Shown: piece after piece, positions 23,574 through 37,221 of the stretch
How the letters are laid out: every line of letters starts with the position of its first letter
Numbering within the stretch: the stretch's first letter is position 1
Assembly: GCF_018350175.1 (NCBI RefSeq)
Contig: NC_058373.1
Coordinates: forward strand, 116,748,001-116,812,000
DNA from: Felis catus
Lineage: Eukaryota
Direction of reading: 5' to 3'
Length of the DNA: 64,000 bases
Made by a program: the position numbers and the translations under genes
The notes under the pieces: generated by a model
Told to the model about the DNA's origin: nothing
The model's database searches: none
Seen by the model: the letters and a program-made list of their open reading frames with translations, nothing else

Positions 23574-26500
23574 CCAATAGCTTTCTTTTTAGTGACTTGC
23601 TGTTATTACGTCTTTCCAGAGCCTTCAGTTTAGTTTTTAATAGAAACAAGATTTATCTTTATTAGTACTCTTATTCCATCAGTTTCCATAATATTTAATT
23701 AAATTTCATCATTACACTAACAAGTCGACTGGCATAAACATGTTTGGGAGGGCACAGCCGACTCTTCGTCAGCATGAAGTCCAGCAGGTGGGAACAGAGT
23801 GTGCGTGGCCCTGGAGAGGGCCTGCCCGAGGCCTGGGGCATTCGTCATTGTGGTGCGGGCAGGGAACTCAGCAGGAGTTAATCCAGGAAGTCAGTCCAAT
23901 GGGAGGCCGTTTTGGAGTGCCCGCTGTGTTTTCTTGGGCCACACAACTTAGAATTTTCAAATCGGGCAGGTCGTTTGTCACAGTACGGTGATATCTGACA
24001 AATTATGGCTCTCAGTAACCTCATTTGACACTGCAGTTAAGCCCCGAAAGTGTAACTGTGTGTTAAAAAAGTTAGGTGATCGCTATACTTAGTCACCCTA
24101 TAGATTATAGTTAGACAAATAATTCTCTTATAATTTTTACTACACAGCTTGGTGCGCTGGGATCAGCGCAGTCATCGTTTTTTCCTAATTTCCTAATCGG
24201 AAACTGGAAGCGAGTTGTCTGGTTGAAGGAGTACATCTGCGTCAGATGTAGGTTGTCTTCTAGCAGCGGAGTGTGGCGGTACTGACCTGGCTGTCACTCC
24301 AGCCTCTTCATCACCAGATATTTTCCGTTCTGCTGTTTAATGCATTCCTGACTTCACTGTGGCTAAGTCTTGGCGGGGGGCGGGGATTCACTTCAGTGAA
24401 GGATACTGGGCCGTTGACGTTCCATGTAAATTTTAATTCTATTTGGCTCATGAAACTGCAGTCACTTTTTCTGATGTCACACTGTTTTTAAAAATGTCAT
24501 TATTTTGCAAATTTAGACTTGAGAGGATATTTGGCTCCACCAATGTAAGCCATTTCCAGTGCTGGAAGGAGGCTGTACCGATGGAGGAAGGAAGCCCACC
24601 GTTTGCACTTACTCAAATAAGCACCGTGCCATCAAGGTGCTACCCCCCCCCACCCCTTTCTCTTGCCCCCTCCTCTCTGCTGGTTTGCTAGTGCGTGTGG
24701 GACTCACCGAAGGTTAAATGACACTAATAGCATCGTTAACATTTATTGTGTTACTAATTGTGCTTTATGCGGACTCGGACTTGGTCATTTAATGCTCTTA
24801 GGACCCTGAGGTGAACGTGTCGTTGTGCTAAGTCCAAGTGACACAACCAGGCCTTCCTGGAGAAACACAAAGTAGGCAGTAGGATAGCATTAAAATTAGT
24901 CGGGTCACCTCCCTTCTGAGCCCACGTAGGTATTTTGTGTTTAGTTTTTATGTTGCTACTATGATCAAAATACCAAGGGAGTTTGTAAGTGGAAGATACT
25001 GTTAAAGAAGTTACCCTCGTGGCTTGTTGAAGAGGAGACTTTTCCTAGCCATCACTCACTTCACTTTTCTGTGGTCATACGGGACTTTTCCAATCTTGCA
25101 CTGAGTGTCTAATTGTCCACGAGGCCTGTCCTTCCTGAATCTCAGTCAGGGTGATGCATATATGGAAAAGAGTGGCCTACAGGCTGCCTTGGCAGTGGTG
25201 TTTCTCACTCCATTGGTCAACAGTGTTGATTGGCTTGTCTCTGTGCCAGGTGGGGTGTCCCTCTCAAAGTCCAGTGACTGGAGACGTGTGGTGGGGAAGG
25301 GCCTCTCCCTACTGCCCAGTGCCCAGGAGAAACTGCCATTGTCAGACCTGAAGCTCACCTAAGAATAGTTTCCCACTCCCGATGCTTGTGTACCTAATTA
25401 TTCTTCTGATAACCTTAAGCCATCATATTTGATGGTTTTTATCGTTTCTTTTCCTTGCCCTCCACCTCCACCTTTCCTCACCCCACCACACACACACCTG
25501 TTTGCACACATGCACACACATGCATGAGCACACACACACAAATCAGTTCCAGCAGAATGCTGGGCCCCAGATCTATCAGTTGGTCGTTGGAGTTCAGTTG
25601 TTACTGTAATGCCCAGTTTTCTTTATAAGAGAGTGAGAGGAAAATCATCAACCATTTGTTAGATGAGCATCAAGTAGCAGTTCTGGTGGATTATGGTGTG
25701 GATTATATGTATAGATCGTCATGGACCACCATACAGCAAAGCTTATTAGAAAAATCTGTGCTTAGTTTGTTTTTTTAATCCTTCTATAAGTTGTGCGACA
25801 TTAAACTTGACACAAGTTGGGATATCTTATAATTCAGATTTCTTTAAGGATAGTTATGCTGTTTAGTGTTTTGATGTGGATAGTTTTATTCTTCAGGGAA
25901 GTGATAAGCCCGAGTCAACAAGTCTGCTTTACTGAACCATGTTGTGCTCTGTGTTCTTGAACTTCACAGTCAATCTGGGCCAACATTAATGAGGAAAGAT
26001 TTTATCCATGTATAATAATTCATTGTTTTAATATCCTTGTGTTTTGTCTTGACTGAGATCACGTAAACTCTTATATGATTGGTCTAAAGTTAGATCTCTA
26101 ATTAGGTGACCCTTTCAGGGAGATTTGGGGCACTAAATTTTTTCTTGAGCTAATGCAGGAGAGTCATTTGCTGTCATCTTTTTATCTGCTCAGGGCTTCC
26201 AGAAGCCAGGAGGCCATTAGGTATGAAGGTTTGTATGTTTGCTCCTTTGAAAACAGTCCTCCTTGCCTTTCTTGGCTGTGATCGCCTGAGTTTTAACACA
26301 GATTCACAGATTCTGAACTCTGCTCCACAAGGCATTGAGGATTCCCTAGTACCTGAGTCATCTCCGCTCCGAGGAGTGTGGAAGTTGGTTAAGAGGGTAT
26401 GTGCCCCAGATACTCCTCCCTGTGTTTTATTTTTAAATCAAGATAAACCATCAGAAGGCCACATTTGCACAAACACTTGACCTTATTCAAGGTCATCTTT

Positions 26501-28097
26501 TTAAGAGCCAGTCATATAAAAACAAAATTTGCTGTTGCAGTAAAACTGGCGATGAAGCATTGCCCGTTATGTCATTCTTTGGCCCCTTTGGAAAGTTCCA
26601 TGTGAGAAATTTGTTTTAGGAATTTGATGCCAGGACCTGTTTTCTGGTAGCTACCAAATGCCTGCTTTCTGGGGATACGTATATTTCATTGGTTTGCTTA
26701 TTTGGTTTCTTTGCTGTGTCCTCTGTTTTAACTTCAACTCCCAAGACAAAATTTGATTGTCACATATACAGCCTTCATTACTAACACATTTGTTTTCACT
26801 TGCATCTTTTATTTCTGTTTCAGTAGCATAATTTATGTATTTCCTTTATCATTAATGACCTCAAAAATTTATTTTTGGAAAGGATAATTAGCATACATAC
26901 ATTTCTCTCCAAATGCAACCCCTGTCTTCCCGGGCTTTCTCCTCTGTTCTGGCTTCCTTTCTCCCCCGCTGTCCCCGGTTTCCACCTGGATGGCTGTCGA
27001 GTTGGCTGTGCAAAGCCCTGCATACAAATGTTGACTTTAGTTTTTCCTCCCTGAACAAGCCTCCCTCAGCACCTCCCTCTTGCTAGAAATGCCACTGGTA
27101 TCGTCTGTCGCTTGGATTTGAAGCATTGCAGTCTCTTTCTTGCCTCGTCTCCCTTAAGCTCCCCTCCGATCAGCTGGCAAGGCCCCCTGAGTCCTCCTGG
27201 GACTCTGCTAACTTCCTGCTCTCTGTGTCCTGTTCCCAGTGCTACAGCTGTACACCCTCATTGCCTCTCGCCCAGGTTCTAGCAGAGGTGTCTCAGTCTC
27301 TCCATCTCTGTCTAGTCTGCCCTACTCAGAATCCAACCTCTTGCCTTTGCCAGATACAATCTAACCTGGCAACAGCGTAAATTTACATCGTATTGTAAAT
27401 CTAATCCTGTAATGAATATACTGGGTAAGTTGAGTCCTCCAAGATGCAGATGTGACCCCCTGACAGGAAAAAAAGAGCAGAATTGAACAAGGGGAGCCTC
27501 AGACCACAATGCAGATCTAGCGAAGTCATGGTCAATGCAGTGGAGTGAAGAATAAGCTTTAGAGGAGGTCCTGTGTTGGGCAATACTGGCCAGGCCCTCT
27601 TACCCCCAGCATGCCCAGTTTGTGGATGGGGGCTGCCCAGAAAGAGAGTGGCTGGGCTGGAAAACTGTGAAGATTCAAAGATGCTACAGCCAGAGCCTTT
27701 CAGCTGTAATTGTATTTCTTGCGGCTCATTTGGTTGCAAGCCCTTTCCGGAAGGGAAAGTGCCGCTCATCTGTGGCTGCTATATACACATGAGTGCCTAC
27801 ATGATGCTTGGCAAGGCTTTGGGCACTGGAGTGGTAAGCAAAACAGACCACCTTCATGGAACTTACATTCTGGTGAAGGAGACCGACAATGAATAAGTCA
27901 CATAAAGGATACGCATGCTTATGGTAAAAATCAGTAATCTAGAAGTGGAGAAAGTAATCCCTCTCCTAGTTCCAGTAATTTGGCTTGTAATCTTCTATGT
28001 TTTTTCTTACACACACACAAATTCATTATCCTAGTTAGTATTAATAGGAATGTTCTTCATATTTTTAAAGTAGTTGTAAAAATCAACAGGTACACAT

Positions 28098-28171
28098 GGG
28101 GCACCTGGCTGGCTCAGTTGGTATAGTGTGTGACCCTTGATCTAGGGGTTGGGAGTAGAGCCTACTTGAAA
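28098..28171 (+). mobile_element. Short old-type Can-SINE with internal (B-box) deletion
   Basis: GGGGCACCTGGCTGGCTCAGTTGGT head, short A tail, TSD aaca(g/a)gtacacat. Confidence 0.8.
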
Positions 28172-29509
28172 AACAAGTACACATTTGTATCTTTATTCTT
28201 TGATTCAGTAATGGTATTGATTATGCCTCTAGTGTGTGCCAGCTACAGTGCCCGGCAGAGAACAAAAGTGCATGTACCTGTCTTCATGGTGTTTACAGTC
28301 TGCCCTTGGTGACCTTGAGACAAACAAGAAACCATCAAGCATTATTTTTCCCCCCAATTTCAACAAATATTTTTTGAAAATCTACAATTTCTTTGTTCCA
28401 CTTGCCTGGAGTCCCATTTAGATGGATGGTGGAAACTCTGAATTTATCCGCCATGTCTTTCTTTTGTAATTTCAGTTTCTTTTTCATTTTGTTCTATATT
28501 TATCAATTTTATCTCCCAGAGAGGGGATTGGTATACACCTGTCTGCATTCTGTCATCTAGGCCTGCCATTTTATTTCAGCCAGTTGTATTTTTAATCCCC
28601 AGGATCCCACTAATTTTGTTTTTTTGCAGTTATTTTTCATAATTGCTCATCCTTACTTTTATATACCTCACCTCTCTCCATTGCCGTCCATTAGAAATTT
28701 CTTCTCCTGAGAAATGTTTGTTCTGTGTTTCTCATTTTTCTCTGTCGTGCTCTTCCTGGTTTTGCTTAGTCGTCTGGTGGTCAGAGTCCTGGGAGGACCG
28801 GTGTGGATGGCAGGCCTCCCCACAGTGCGGTGCGTCCCTTTCCCCAGCAGGCTTCCCTGGACGTGGACAGGGAGGACTGAGGGCTGGCACTGGAACGGCA
28901 GTGAGACCTCCTAACGTGCAAATGTCCCTGTAGCGTGAGAGGGCGGTGACCATGGTGCAGGATAGGAACCGTGGGTGCCAGAGCTGGGCCAACTGTATCG
29001 TGCTCCGTTTCTGCATGGAGCTGCCTTTCCTCCTCCACCCTGGCGCAATGCGTGTCGTGTTCTCTTCCTCTCTCAACCGCCTGGCAGGCTCCTGCCTGTC
29101 ATGGGTTTGTGATGCTTGAGTTGCCCCCTGCTCCCCACCACTGCCCCAAGTCACCCTGTGCCCTTGTTTCTACAATGCTCTGGTTCCTAACCAGCCTAAG
29201 CACTCCTTGAAGGCAAAGTCCCCAGATTAGGGAAGCTCAGTAAACGTTCCACAGTTGAACCATGTTTGGTGCGGATGTGAAGTCTAAGATTTATTGAGTC
29301 GAGTGTATCCTGTATTTATAGCTTCAGGGAGAGGCTGTGAGGGCCCTCTGTGCGCATGACCTTGTGTTCTACTGCAGACGCCGGTTAATATGTTGCAGTT
29401 CCTTTTCCGCTCTTTTCAGGAAATGAGACCACAAACAAGTCTGTGTGTGGTCATGGTGGTTTAGTGGAAATTAACCAGGACCACCAGGTGATCCCCACAG
29501 GCCCAACAC

Positions 29510-30135
29510 ACCGGTATGGAGACTGAACTTTACTAATGTAAACTGTAGTAGACGCAACTGATAGATGCCAAAATCAGTGGGTGACAGTTGGGGAGAAGGA
29601 TTGGCATAATCTCAAAGTGTATCCCAAAGATACTTGTACTGTCTGGCAGGTGCCATCTTAATGGAGTGAATCCAAGTCCATTATCATGAACCACATGAAG
29701 TGGTGGTGCGCTGAGGTTACATCATTTCTGTGGTTCTCTTGCCCAAAGTACATAACTTCAGTCCAATCACGTGAAACCACCAGACAAACCCAGTTGATTG
29801 GTAAGTACTTTTCAAAGGTGTCAAGGTCATGAAAGACTGGTAAACACTGAGGAACTGCGACAGACTACAGGGGACTGTGGAGAAATAACTAAGTACGATA
29901 TGGGATCCTGAATGGGATTTCGGGACAGAACAAAAAAAGGGCATAGTGGAAAAACTGGTGAAATTTGAATAAAATCTTTAGTTAATGGGATTGTACCAAT
30001 GTTAATTTCCTGGTTCTGGTAATGATACCAGATGTACCGTATGTAGAATTGGAGGAGGCTGGGTCATGGATATATGGAAACTCCCTGTACTGTTTTTGCA
30101 ACTTCTCTAAGTATAAAGTAACGACGATGAAAGTA
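29510..30135 (+). mobile_element. L1MC-like 3' end relic
   Basis: atcatttctgtgg...cagacaaaccca...tcaaggtcatgaaagac...aactggtgaaatttgaataaa...taatttcctggtt motifs. Confidence 0.65.
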
Positions 30136-31277
30136 AAAAACCAAAAACCTCAGGTGAAGTCAGTTACTGGAAGCTACCATAGGAACCATCCGCATGAAAT
30201 CTAATGCTTACCCAACTTGCTGCGTCCAAGTGCAGCAAAACCACCACCATGCTTACAGATTTCCATATTCCAAAGAACTGCTATACTCTGCTGTCTCAAG
30301 GAAGGAAGGGATCTTTAGCTCTGTTATTTCAGGACAACTTGATAACACAAAATAAAAGCCTGTCGCCTGTTTTCCAATGCGTACCTCATTATAACTGTAG
30401 ACACCCAGTGAGCCCTTCATCCTGAGCTCCAAAATCAGGTGCTCCAGAAATACTTGCTCTGTTGTATCAGTTCCTTTCCTCAGCTTTCTGATGGAGCCGC
30501 TCCTCTGTACATAGTGGCCATTCATCTGAACTTTAGGGCAGAGAGAGATCTCTAAGTGCATTGGAGTCAACTTAGAAGCATTTGATGGTAGAGAAGCATC
30601 AGCAGAAGCCACATCTGTTACCTGGTAGACAGCATGTGTGTGGGCTGTGCCATTTTTTTGAGACACACTGCATTGTCTCTGACCTGCTGAGCAGTGGTGA
30701 CTTCTCCCTTGACTGCATTTGTTGCTGTCTCTGAGGGACGTTATTCCAGATCTTCAAAAGCATTTTTATGTAGGAAGATGCCTTGCAACAATATCCCTGG
30801 TAAGGAGGGACAAAGGATGTTTTAAATATAAAAAAGTGTAGTTATACACAGGTGTTTCATTGTTAATTTCTCTCCTTTGAATGCTATATTTTTTTCTGAG
30901 TTGGCATTTGAATTAGTGTTAACATGAAAAGTAAAGAATTACACTAGTATGCACCCTTTAACTTTAAAGTTTTTTTTAACACCCATTGGCCATTTGCAAA
31001 CCAAATACATATTTTTATACTTTAAAAAAATCTTCCCATCATAAAAGTTATATATATATTCGTCATAAAAAAATTAGTAACTATAGAAAATTAGAAAATT
31101 AATCTTACAGGATTGCTAGTGATTTTGTCTCATCTTTTTAATACATTCCTATTCATGTTTTCAGTAAGGTAGAATCATTAAATACAGTTTATATATTTCT
31201 TCATCGTTCTGCAATTGGCTGTGCCATCATTTATTTAAAGTTTTCCACCTATTGCAAATTTCAGTTTTCCAGTTTTT

Positions 31278-31487
31278 TAATTTTTTTTTTTTTTTATTGA
31301 GAGAGAGAGAGAGGGCATGAGTGAGGGAGAAGGTCAGAAGGAGAAAGAGAAAGAGAGAGAGAGAATCTAAAGCAGCCTCCACCCCCAGCACAAAGCCCCC
31401 ACATGGGGCTCCAGCTCACAAAACATGAGATCATGACCTGAGCCAAAATCAAGAGTCAGACACTTAACCGAGCAGCCCAGGTGCCCC
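31278..31487 (-). mobile_element. Can-SINE (older)
   Basis: T tract, GA tract, ...GAGATCATGACCTGAGCC...CCAGGTGCCCC. Confidence 0.88.
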
Positions 31488-31517
31488 TGGTTTTTCATTA
31501 TACATATTGTTGACATC

Positions 31518-32249
31518 AGATGTTCCTAAGTGTCTCTCCCGCCCACCCCCCACCATTGACCTATTTGGCAGTTTGGCAAAACCTATGGATTCTTGGAATA
31601 ATGTTTGTTTTACTCAAATTAGAATAATGCTTTTAGGGGCAGCTCAGCAGGTTAAACGTGTGACTTTGGCTCAGGTCATGATCTCATGGCTCGTGAGTTT
31701 GAGTCCTGTGTCCGGCCTTGTGCTGACAGCTCAGAGCCTGGAGCCTGCTTGGGATTCTGTTTCTCCCTCACTCTCTGCCCCTCCCCCCCCCAAATATAAA
31801 TAAACATTAAAAAATTTTTTTAAAGAATGTTTTTAAATATATAAGATAAAAATACAAAGTGTTTAAATACAAAATGTTTATTTAAAATTTAAATGTTAAA
31901 AATGGTAAAATACAATAGTGTTTAAAATTTTGTAACATAGCAATAAATGTGTTTCTTATGCATTATTAAAAAGATCTAGTATCGGGTCTGATAATTTTCA
32001 AAGTAGTGATGAGCATAACTGATATTTTGATATGCCTGCAACAACTATAATGTGATATGAAAATATCGGGAGTTTTTTTGATGTCAAAGTCACATGTACA
32101 ACTAATATTACTGTAGTATGTTGCCTGCATTTATAATGGACAGAAATGCTACATTTCATTTAACAGCTGGTGAAAATAAAAATTTTTTTTTTTCATTTAA
32201 GTTCATGGGCCCCCTGATTTCTATCTATAGATAAGATTAGAAACCTCTG
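31518..32249. mobile_element. hAT-Charlie (MER119-like) relic, interrupted by a SINE
   Basis: Degenerate termini (cagatgttcctaa / ttagaaacctctg); internal gatgagcataactgatatttt, caaagtcaca, aagttcatgggccccctga. Subfamily name from memory. Confidence 0.55.
31636..31822 (+). mobile_element. Can-SINE (head partly deleted), inserted in a DNA transposon relic
   Basis: GCTCAGGTCATGATCTCA...CTGACAGCTCAGAGCCTGGAGCC body and A tail. Confidence 0.88.
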
Positions 32250-32396
32250 GCCAAATATAAATGATCTTGTTATGTAACTTCCCCCCACAATACCCAGTTA
32301 TTTCCATAAGGTAGACATCTGTAAATCAAATGCTGTGGCCTTTGCGGGGACCTTGGTTTTTATTGCCGAATTGCTCTTAAGAAAGCTGAGCTCAGA

Positions 32397-32625
32397 GGGG
32401 CACCTGGGTGGCTCAGTCGGTTAAGCGTTCGAGTTCAGCTCAGACATGATCTCACAGTTCATGAGTTCAAGCCCTGCGTCGGACTCTGTGCTGACAGCTC
32501 AGAGCCTGGAGCCTCCTTCACATTCTGTGTCTCCCTCTCTCTCTCTGCCTCTCCCCCGCTCATACTCTGCCTCTCTGTCTCTCTCTCTCAAAAATAAATA
32601 GAACATTTTAAAAAATTTTAAAAGA
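32397..32625 (+). mobile_element. Can-SINE (first of tandem pair)
   Basis: Full length; outer TSD aagaaagct(g/t)ag(c/a)tcaga encloses both copies. Confidence 0.93.
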
Positions 32626-32841
32626 GGGGCGCTTGGGTGGCTCAGTCAGTTGAGCATCCGACTCTGACTCAGGTCATGATCTCGTGGTCCGTGAGTTCAA
32701 GCCCCGCGTCGGGCTCTGGGCTGACGGCTCAGAGCCTAGAGCCTGTTTCCGATTCTGTGTCTCCCTCTCTCTCTGCCCCTCCCCCATTCATGCTCTGTCT
32801 CTCTCTGTCTCAAAAATAAATAAAACGTTAAAAATTTTTAA
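32626..32841 (+). mobile_element. Can-SINE inserted in tail of previous copy
   Basis: Full length; own TSD-like aaaatttt(t)aaaaga. Confidence 0.93.
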
Positions 32842-34083
32842 AAGAAAGCTTAGATCAGAAAGGTCTGACTAGTATGTTTAATCTTGTGTAGTTGAACATT
32901 TTCTTGCCTACTTGGAATATTTATAGCATATATTTTTTAATATTTATTACAGGCCCCAAACATTTTAATTTCATCACTAATGAGATTGAATTTTCAAAAA
33001 TATAATTACTGGCTGTTTTTCAGAGATAGTGACCAATAACCCCCCCCCCCATTTTGATTGTTACTCTTTATTTTCCTCTGGTTTCAAATAGAGTTTTCTT
33101 TGAGCTTTTTTCCCCTTTAATCATTTTGCTGCAGTTTATTAATGTCAACATAACTTTGTATTAAAGTCTACCTTTTATTGGCAAGTTAGGGGGCTAGTAT
33201 GGGCTGCTTAGTGTCACATGCACTTTTGAGCGCATTTGTGCTTAATTTTGGCAAGTTTGGCAAGTAGACCACCCTACTTTTTAAGAGCTACCTGTGAAAA
33301 AAAGAATTGGAACTTCAGAGCACTGTGTACTTTGTAAATGTGCACAATTACTCTTATGCAACAATAATTATAAGCTTAGTGGAGTGCTTTGGGACAGAAT
33401 TCTGGCATGTGGCCAGTCCTGTGTAAATGTCCACATCCATTACTATGACCTGCTTTTGATTATGATGCAAAGTCCTGGGCTATTTAGTTCTCATGGAACC
33501 TCCGCCCTTTATAATTAGGATGAGCCCTTTGGGGACCAGAGACTGAGAATCTCTGAGTGGTGCGCTTCTCGGAAAGAGCCATTCTTCAAAAAGTTGGCCT
33601 CTTGTTACCGCTACTTTGCCAAGCCTATGTCTCTCATTTTAAAAGCCGAATATGCTGCTGTTGTTTTTCTTCTTCTTTTTTTAAAATTCTCCTAACTTTA
33701 GATCTGTCTTTAGTCTTATTAAGATGGATAAGTTGCACGAAAACAAAACATCTGAACAACTTAAACCCAAGAGGCAGAGATGAGCCGCTCTGCAGAAGCA
33801 TGTGGTCCAGTGAGCAGGCTTCCAAGTTGCACCCAGATTCTCCAGTAGAAGTGTCAAGGGTCAAAGTTCAGGTCGACTGCACTAACAGTGGCACACTTGC
33901 AGCCCACCCAGTAGACTGTTTCAGCAAACAGTGGCTTAAAATACTGAATATGGAGAAATAGTTTCAGTTGTCAATGGTTCCATTCTCTGACTTGCTGACA
34001 TGTAGGGAGGCCCAGGTCTGTCAGCTCAGCACAACTATCTTCAGTGCCTCCTGCTTGCTGCAGGGACTTAAGGTGCCTTTTCT

Positions 34084-34317
34084 TTTCTTTTTTTTTTTTT
34101 TTTTAATTTTTTTTCAACGTTTATTTATTTTTGGGACAGAGAGAGACAGAGCATGAACGGGGGAGGGGCAGAGAGAGAGGGAGACACAGAATTGGAAACA
34201 GGCTCCAGGCTCTGAGCCATCAGCCCAGAGCCCGACGCGGGGCTCGAACTCACGGACCACGAGACTGTGACCTGGCTGAAGTCGGACGCTTAACCGACTG
34301 CGCCACCCAGGCGCCCC
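34084..34317 (-). mobile_element. Young felid Can-SINE
   Basis: Perfect 16-bp TSD ttaaggtgccttttct (34068-34083 and 34318-34333). Confidence 0.97.
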
Positions 34318-35629
34318 TTAAGGTGCCTTTTCTAGAGAAAATGGGAGGGTTTTCGCTTTTCCTTCTGCGTAGTCAATTAGGGTGACTAAGGTTAGAATAT
34401 GAACATTTTTGTGACTTCAGCGTATATTGCTAAGATGCTTTCTAAAATGGCTGGAATCAATTCACAGGGCCACCAGCAGAGTATGAACGTGACAGCTCAG
34501 CTCGGCCAAGCACCAGTTTTCACTTCAGAGATGTTGTTGCTAGTTTGTCAGGTGGGAGATAGCAGCGAAGTTTCGTTTGCTTCCCATGTCTTCGATTCGC
34601 GTTTATCACATCTAATTTCCCTATTTAAATTTCTAAGTTGACAACTTTAAGGAAATATTTTAAGTTTACAAATTATTTCTAGAAAACAAAAATGTATTTT
34701 TGTTCATAATTCTACACAGTGCAGAGTATGCTGATCTCCCTAGGGAAATGCACAACTGAAATTGTAATACAAAGTCCGCAAGTATGAAAACCACAGGAAC
34801 AGTCCAGAAAGTGCTGGTTGAAACCCTGTAACTCTTCTGATTGTATTTTCCTTTCCTCCTTTACAGTTAAAATACCGGCCCCCCCCCCCCCACCCCCACC
34901 CCATACACTTGTTTTACACTCAGCTCATGACCAGGTGATGTGACTATACTTGATCTAATTACTGGAGCTTTGAATTGTTTCCTATTTCCCCTTTCTAAGA
35001 TTGTGAATTTTTTATTTATTATTGTGAATGTATCAACCAGAAATACAGTTATTTATGCGGAATATTCTAGTGATAGCAAAACTACCTGATTGGCACTTTC
35101 TGTATCATCCTTGTTAAAACTCCGGAACCAGAACTAAGAACTTCAGACTAAATATTCGTTTAGGTGTTAAATATGGAAAATGAAGACGGGGGAAGTCAAC
35201 CATCTATGAGTAAAATGTTAATATCTCTCCCTTTAAACACAGTGAAGCCTTGCTTATGGCACATCAAGGAATAAAGCTTTTGTTTTTATACAAACCCTGT
35301 TTATTTTTTAAAAATCTGATTTTATATATTTTCAGAGATTGCTGATTAAGATGCTTTTAAGTAATCTAAATCTTTTCTGTTCTGGGAATATGAAACCAAT
35401 CCAAAACCCAGGTGTTTTTAGTTTTTGGGGGTTTTTTTTTTTGCACACAATGCAGAAATTGCTCCTCTGGCCACTTAAGCAATTTGAGCTCAATAAAACT
35501 TTCTTTATGTATGATCTGGCTAGTCCATCCCTTAAGGCATCAAATTGTATTGGACTTTTTAAAATTCATAATATAGTATCAGGAACTTTGGGGAAGATAA
35601 TGTTAATATCAAATGGCTAAAAAAATGAG

Positions 35630-35830
35630 CTTTGGAATCAATATAAGATCATATATTTGAATTCTGGCACTGCTTGCTGTTTGCTATTTGTGGCTGGACA
35701 GTGACTTATTCTCTCCAAATCCTAGCTGCCACATCTGTAGAAAATAAGGAAATATCTGTATTTTCATGGTGGACACGAATATTAGGTAGAATGCTTGGCA
35801 GAGCACCTCAGTGCACGACATGATATCATT
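35630..35830. mobile_element. MIR relic
   Basis: tttgaattctggcactg...gtgactta...catctgtagaaaa...gcttggcagag. Confidence 0.55.
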
Positions 35831-36333
35831 GTAACAGAATGTGTGCGGTATTGGGTTTGGCACTCCAGTATGCTGGCACCAGAATGTCACTGCCTTGTGT
35901 ATGTCAACTCATCTGTCAGTAGGTTTATCTACCCTACTTGATTGTCCAGTTCCTCTCCCCTTCCCCTCTCCTCCCTCAGACTTCATCGTCCTGAGTTCTC
36001 CCATCACACGCTTCCAGGCCTTTCTGTAACACTCATCCGCAACTCCCCCGCTCTTGTTCTCTCTCTTTCCCCTTCCATCCTCACAAAACACAAAGCTGAT
36101 TTGTGGATCTGGCTGGAAGAGCCCTGTGGAACTGATGAATACGTCTGCCAGCTAAGGGTGTAGGTAGAGGGCTGCTAGGAAAAAATAATGGCACAGCCAG
36201 GGGCAGGTACCAAAGGTGCTGCCCAAAGCCTGAGGTGCTAAGACGAAGGTACTGAGCTTGAAGGACAGGTAGAGCCAAGACTGGCCAGAAGGACCAGATA
36301 GGATGCCTCTAAAAAGGCTGGTATTTTGGTTTA

Positions 36334-36528
36334 TTTATTTTTGACACAGAGAGAGACAGAGCATGAACAGGGAAGGGGGAGAGAGAGAGGGAGACACAGA
36401 ATCGGAAGCAGGCTCCAGGCTCTGAGCCATCAGCACAGAGCCTGATGCGGGGCTTGAACTCACAGGCTGTGAGATCATGACCTGAGCTGGAGTCGGATGC
36501 TCAACCAACTGAGCCACCCAGGCGCCCC
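36334..36528 (-). mobile_element. Can-SINE with minimal tail
   Basis: 15-bp TSD tggtattttggttta (36319-36333 and 36529-36543). Confidence 0.95.
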
Positions 36529-37221
36529 TGGTATTTTGGTTTAAAGAAAAAAAATCAGAGTCATTTGTCTTAAGATCAAAGTTTAAGGACTCAGAAATTC
36601 AATTTAAGGTGACATACTCAACCAAAGTCCACTGCCAGAGAGTACACAGTACATTTGGATTTTGAACTGAATAAAGGTATGTTCGTGTAGAAAGGGTGTT
36701 TTTCTATACCTCTGTAATCCCTGGGAGCAGAGGAAACAGACAGTGTGCACAAAAAACAAGGCTCTTATTCTGAGAGTAAGTCTTACTCAAGTGGAAACAC
36801 ATTTTGGACAAGCAGAATCTGACCGTGATAGCAGTGAACTTAACTCAGGGAACTAGACCAGAATTCCCATCTATCCCATGAAACTGAAATGGAGGAACAA
36901 ATGGAAACACTTGCTTGGAGCTCTTTTTCAAGGAAAAAGGAAAAAAAGTTTCTGCACCGACACACACGAAAGTTTACAAAGTCTGCCTAGAGTTATCAAA
37001 CCAGAGATGGGTTTGTTTGAAGATAGAGTCTGAATGAAATATTAGAAATGACTTATACTTATCTCCGGAACATTTCCCAACTCATAAATGTACTTATTTA
37101 ACAGCTGTGAAAAATTGCAGAAAAATATGATCAGAATTTAATGATGACACACAAAACTTTACATGACCTTTAATTTCTTTTCTGCTTTTTAAACATTGAG
37201 TTTTATGCAGGGTTTAGTTTC

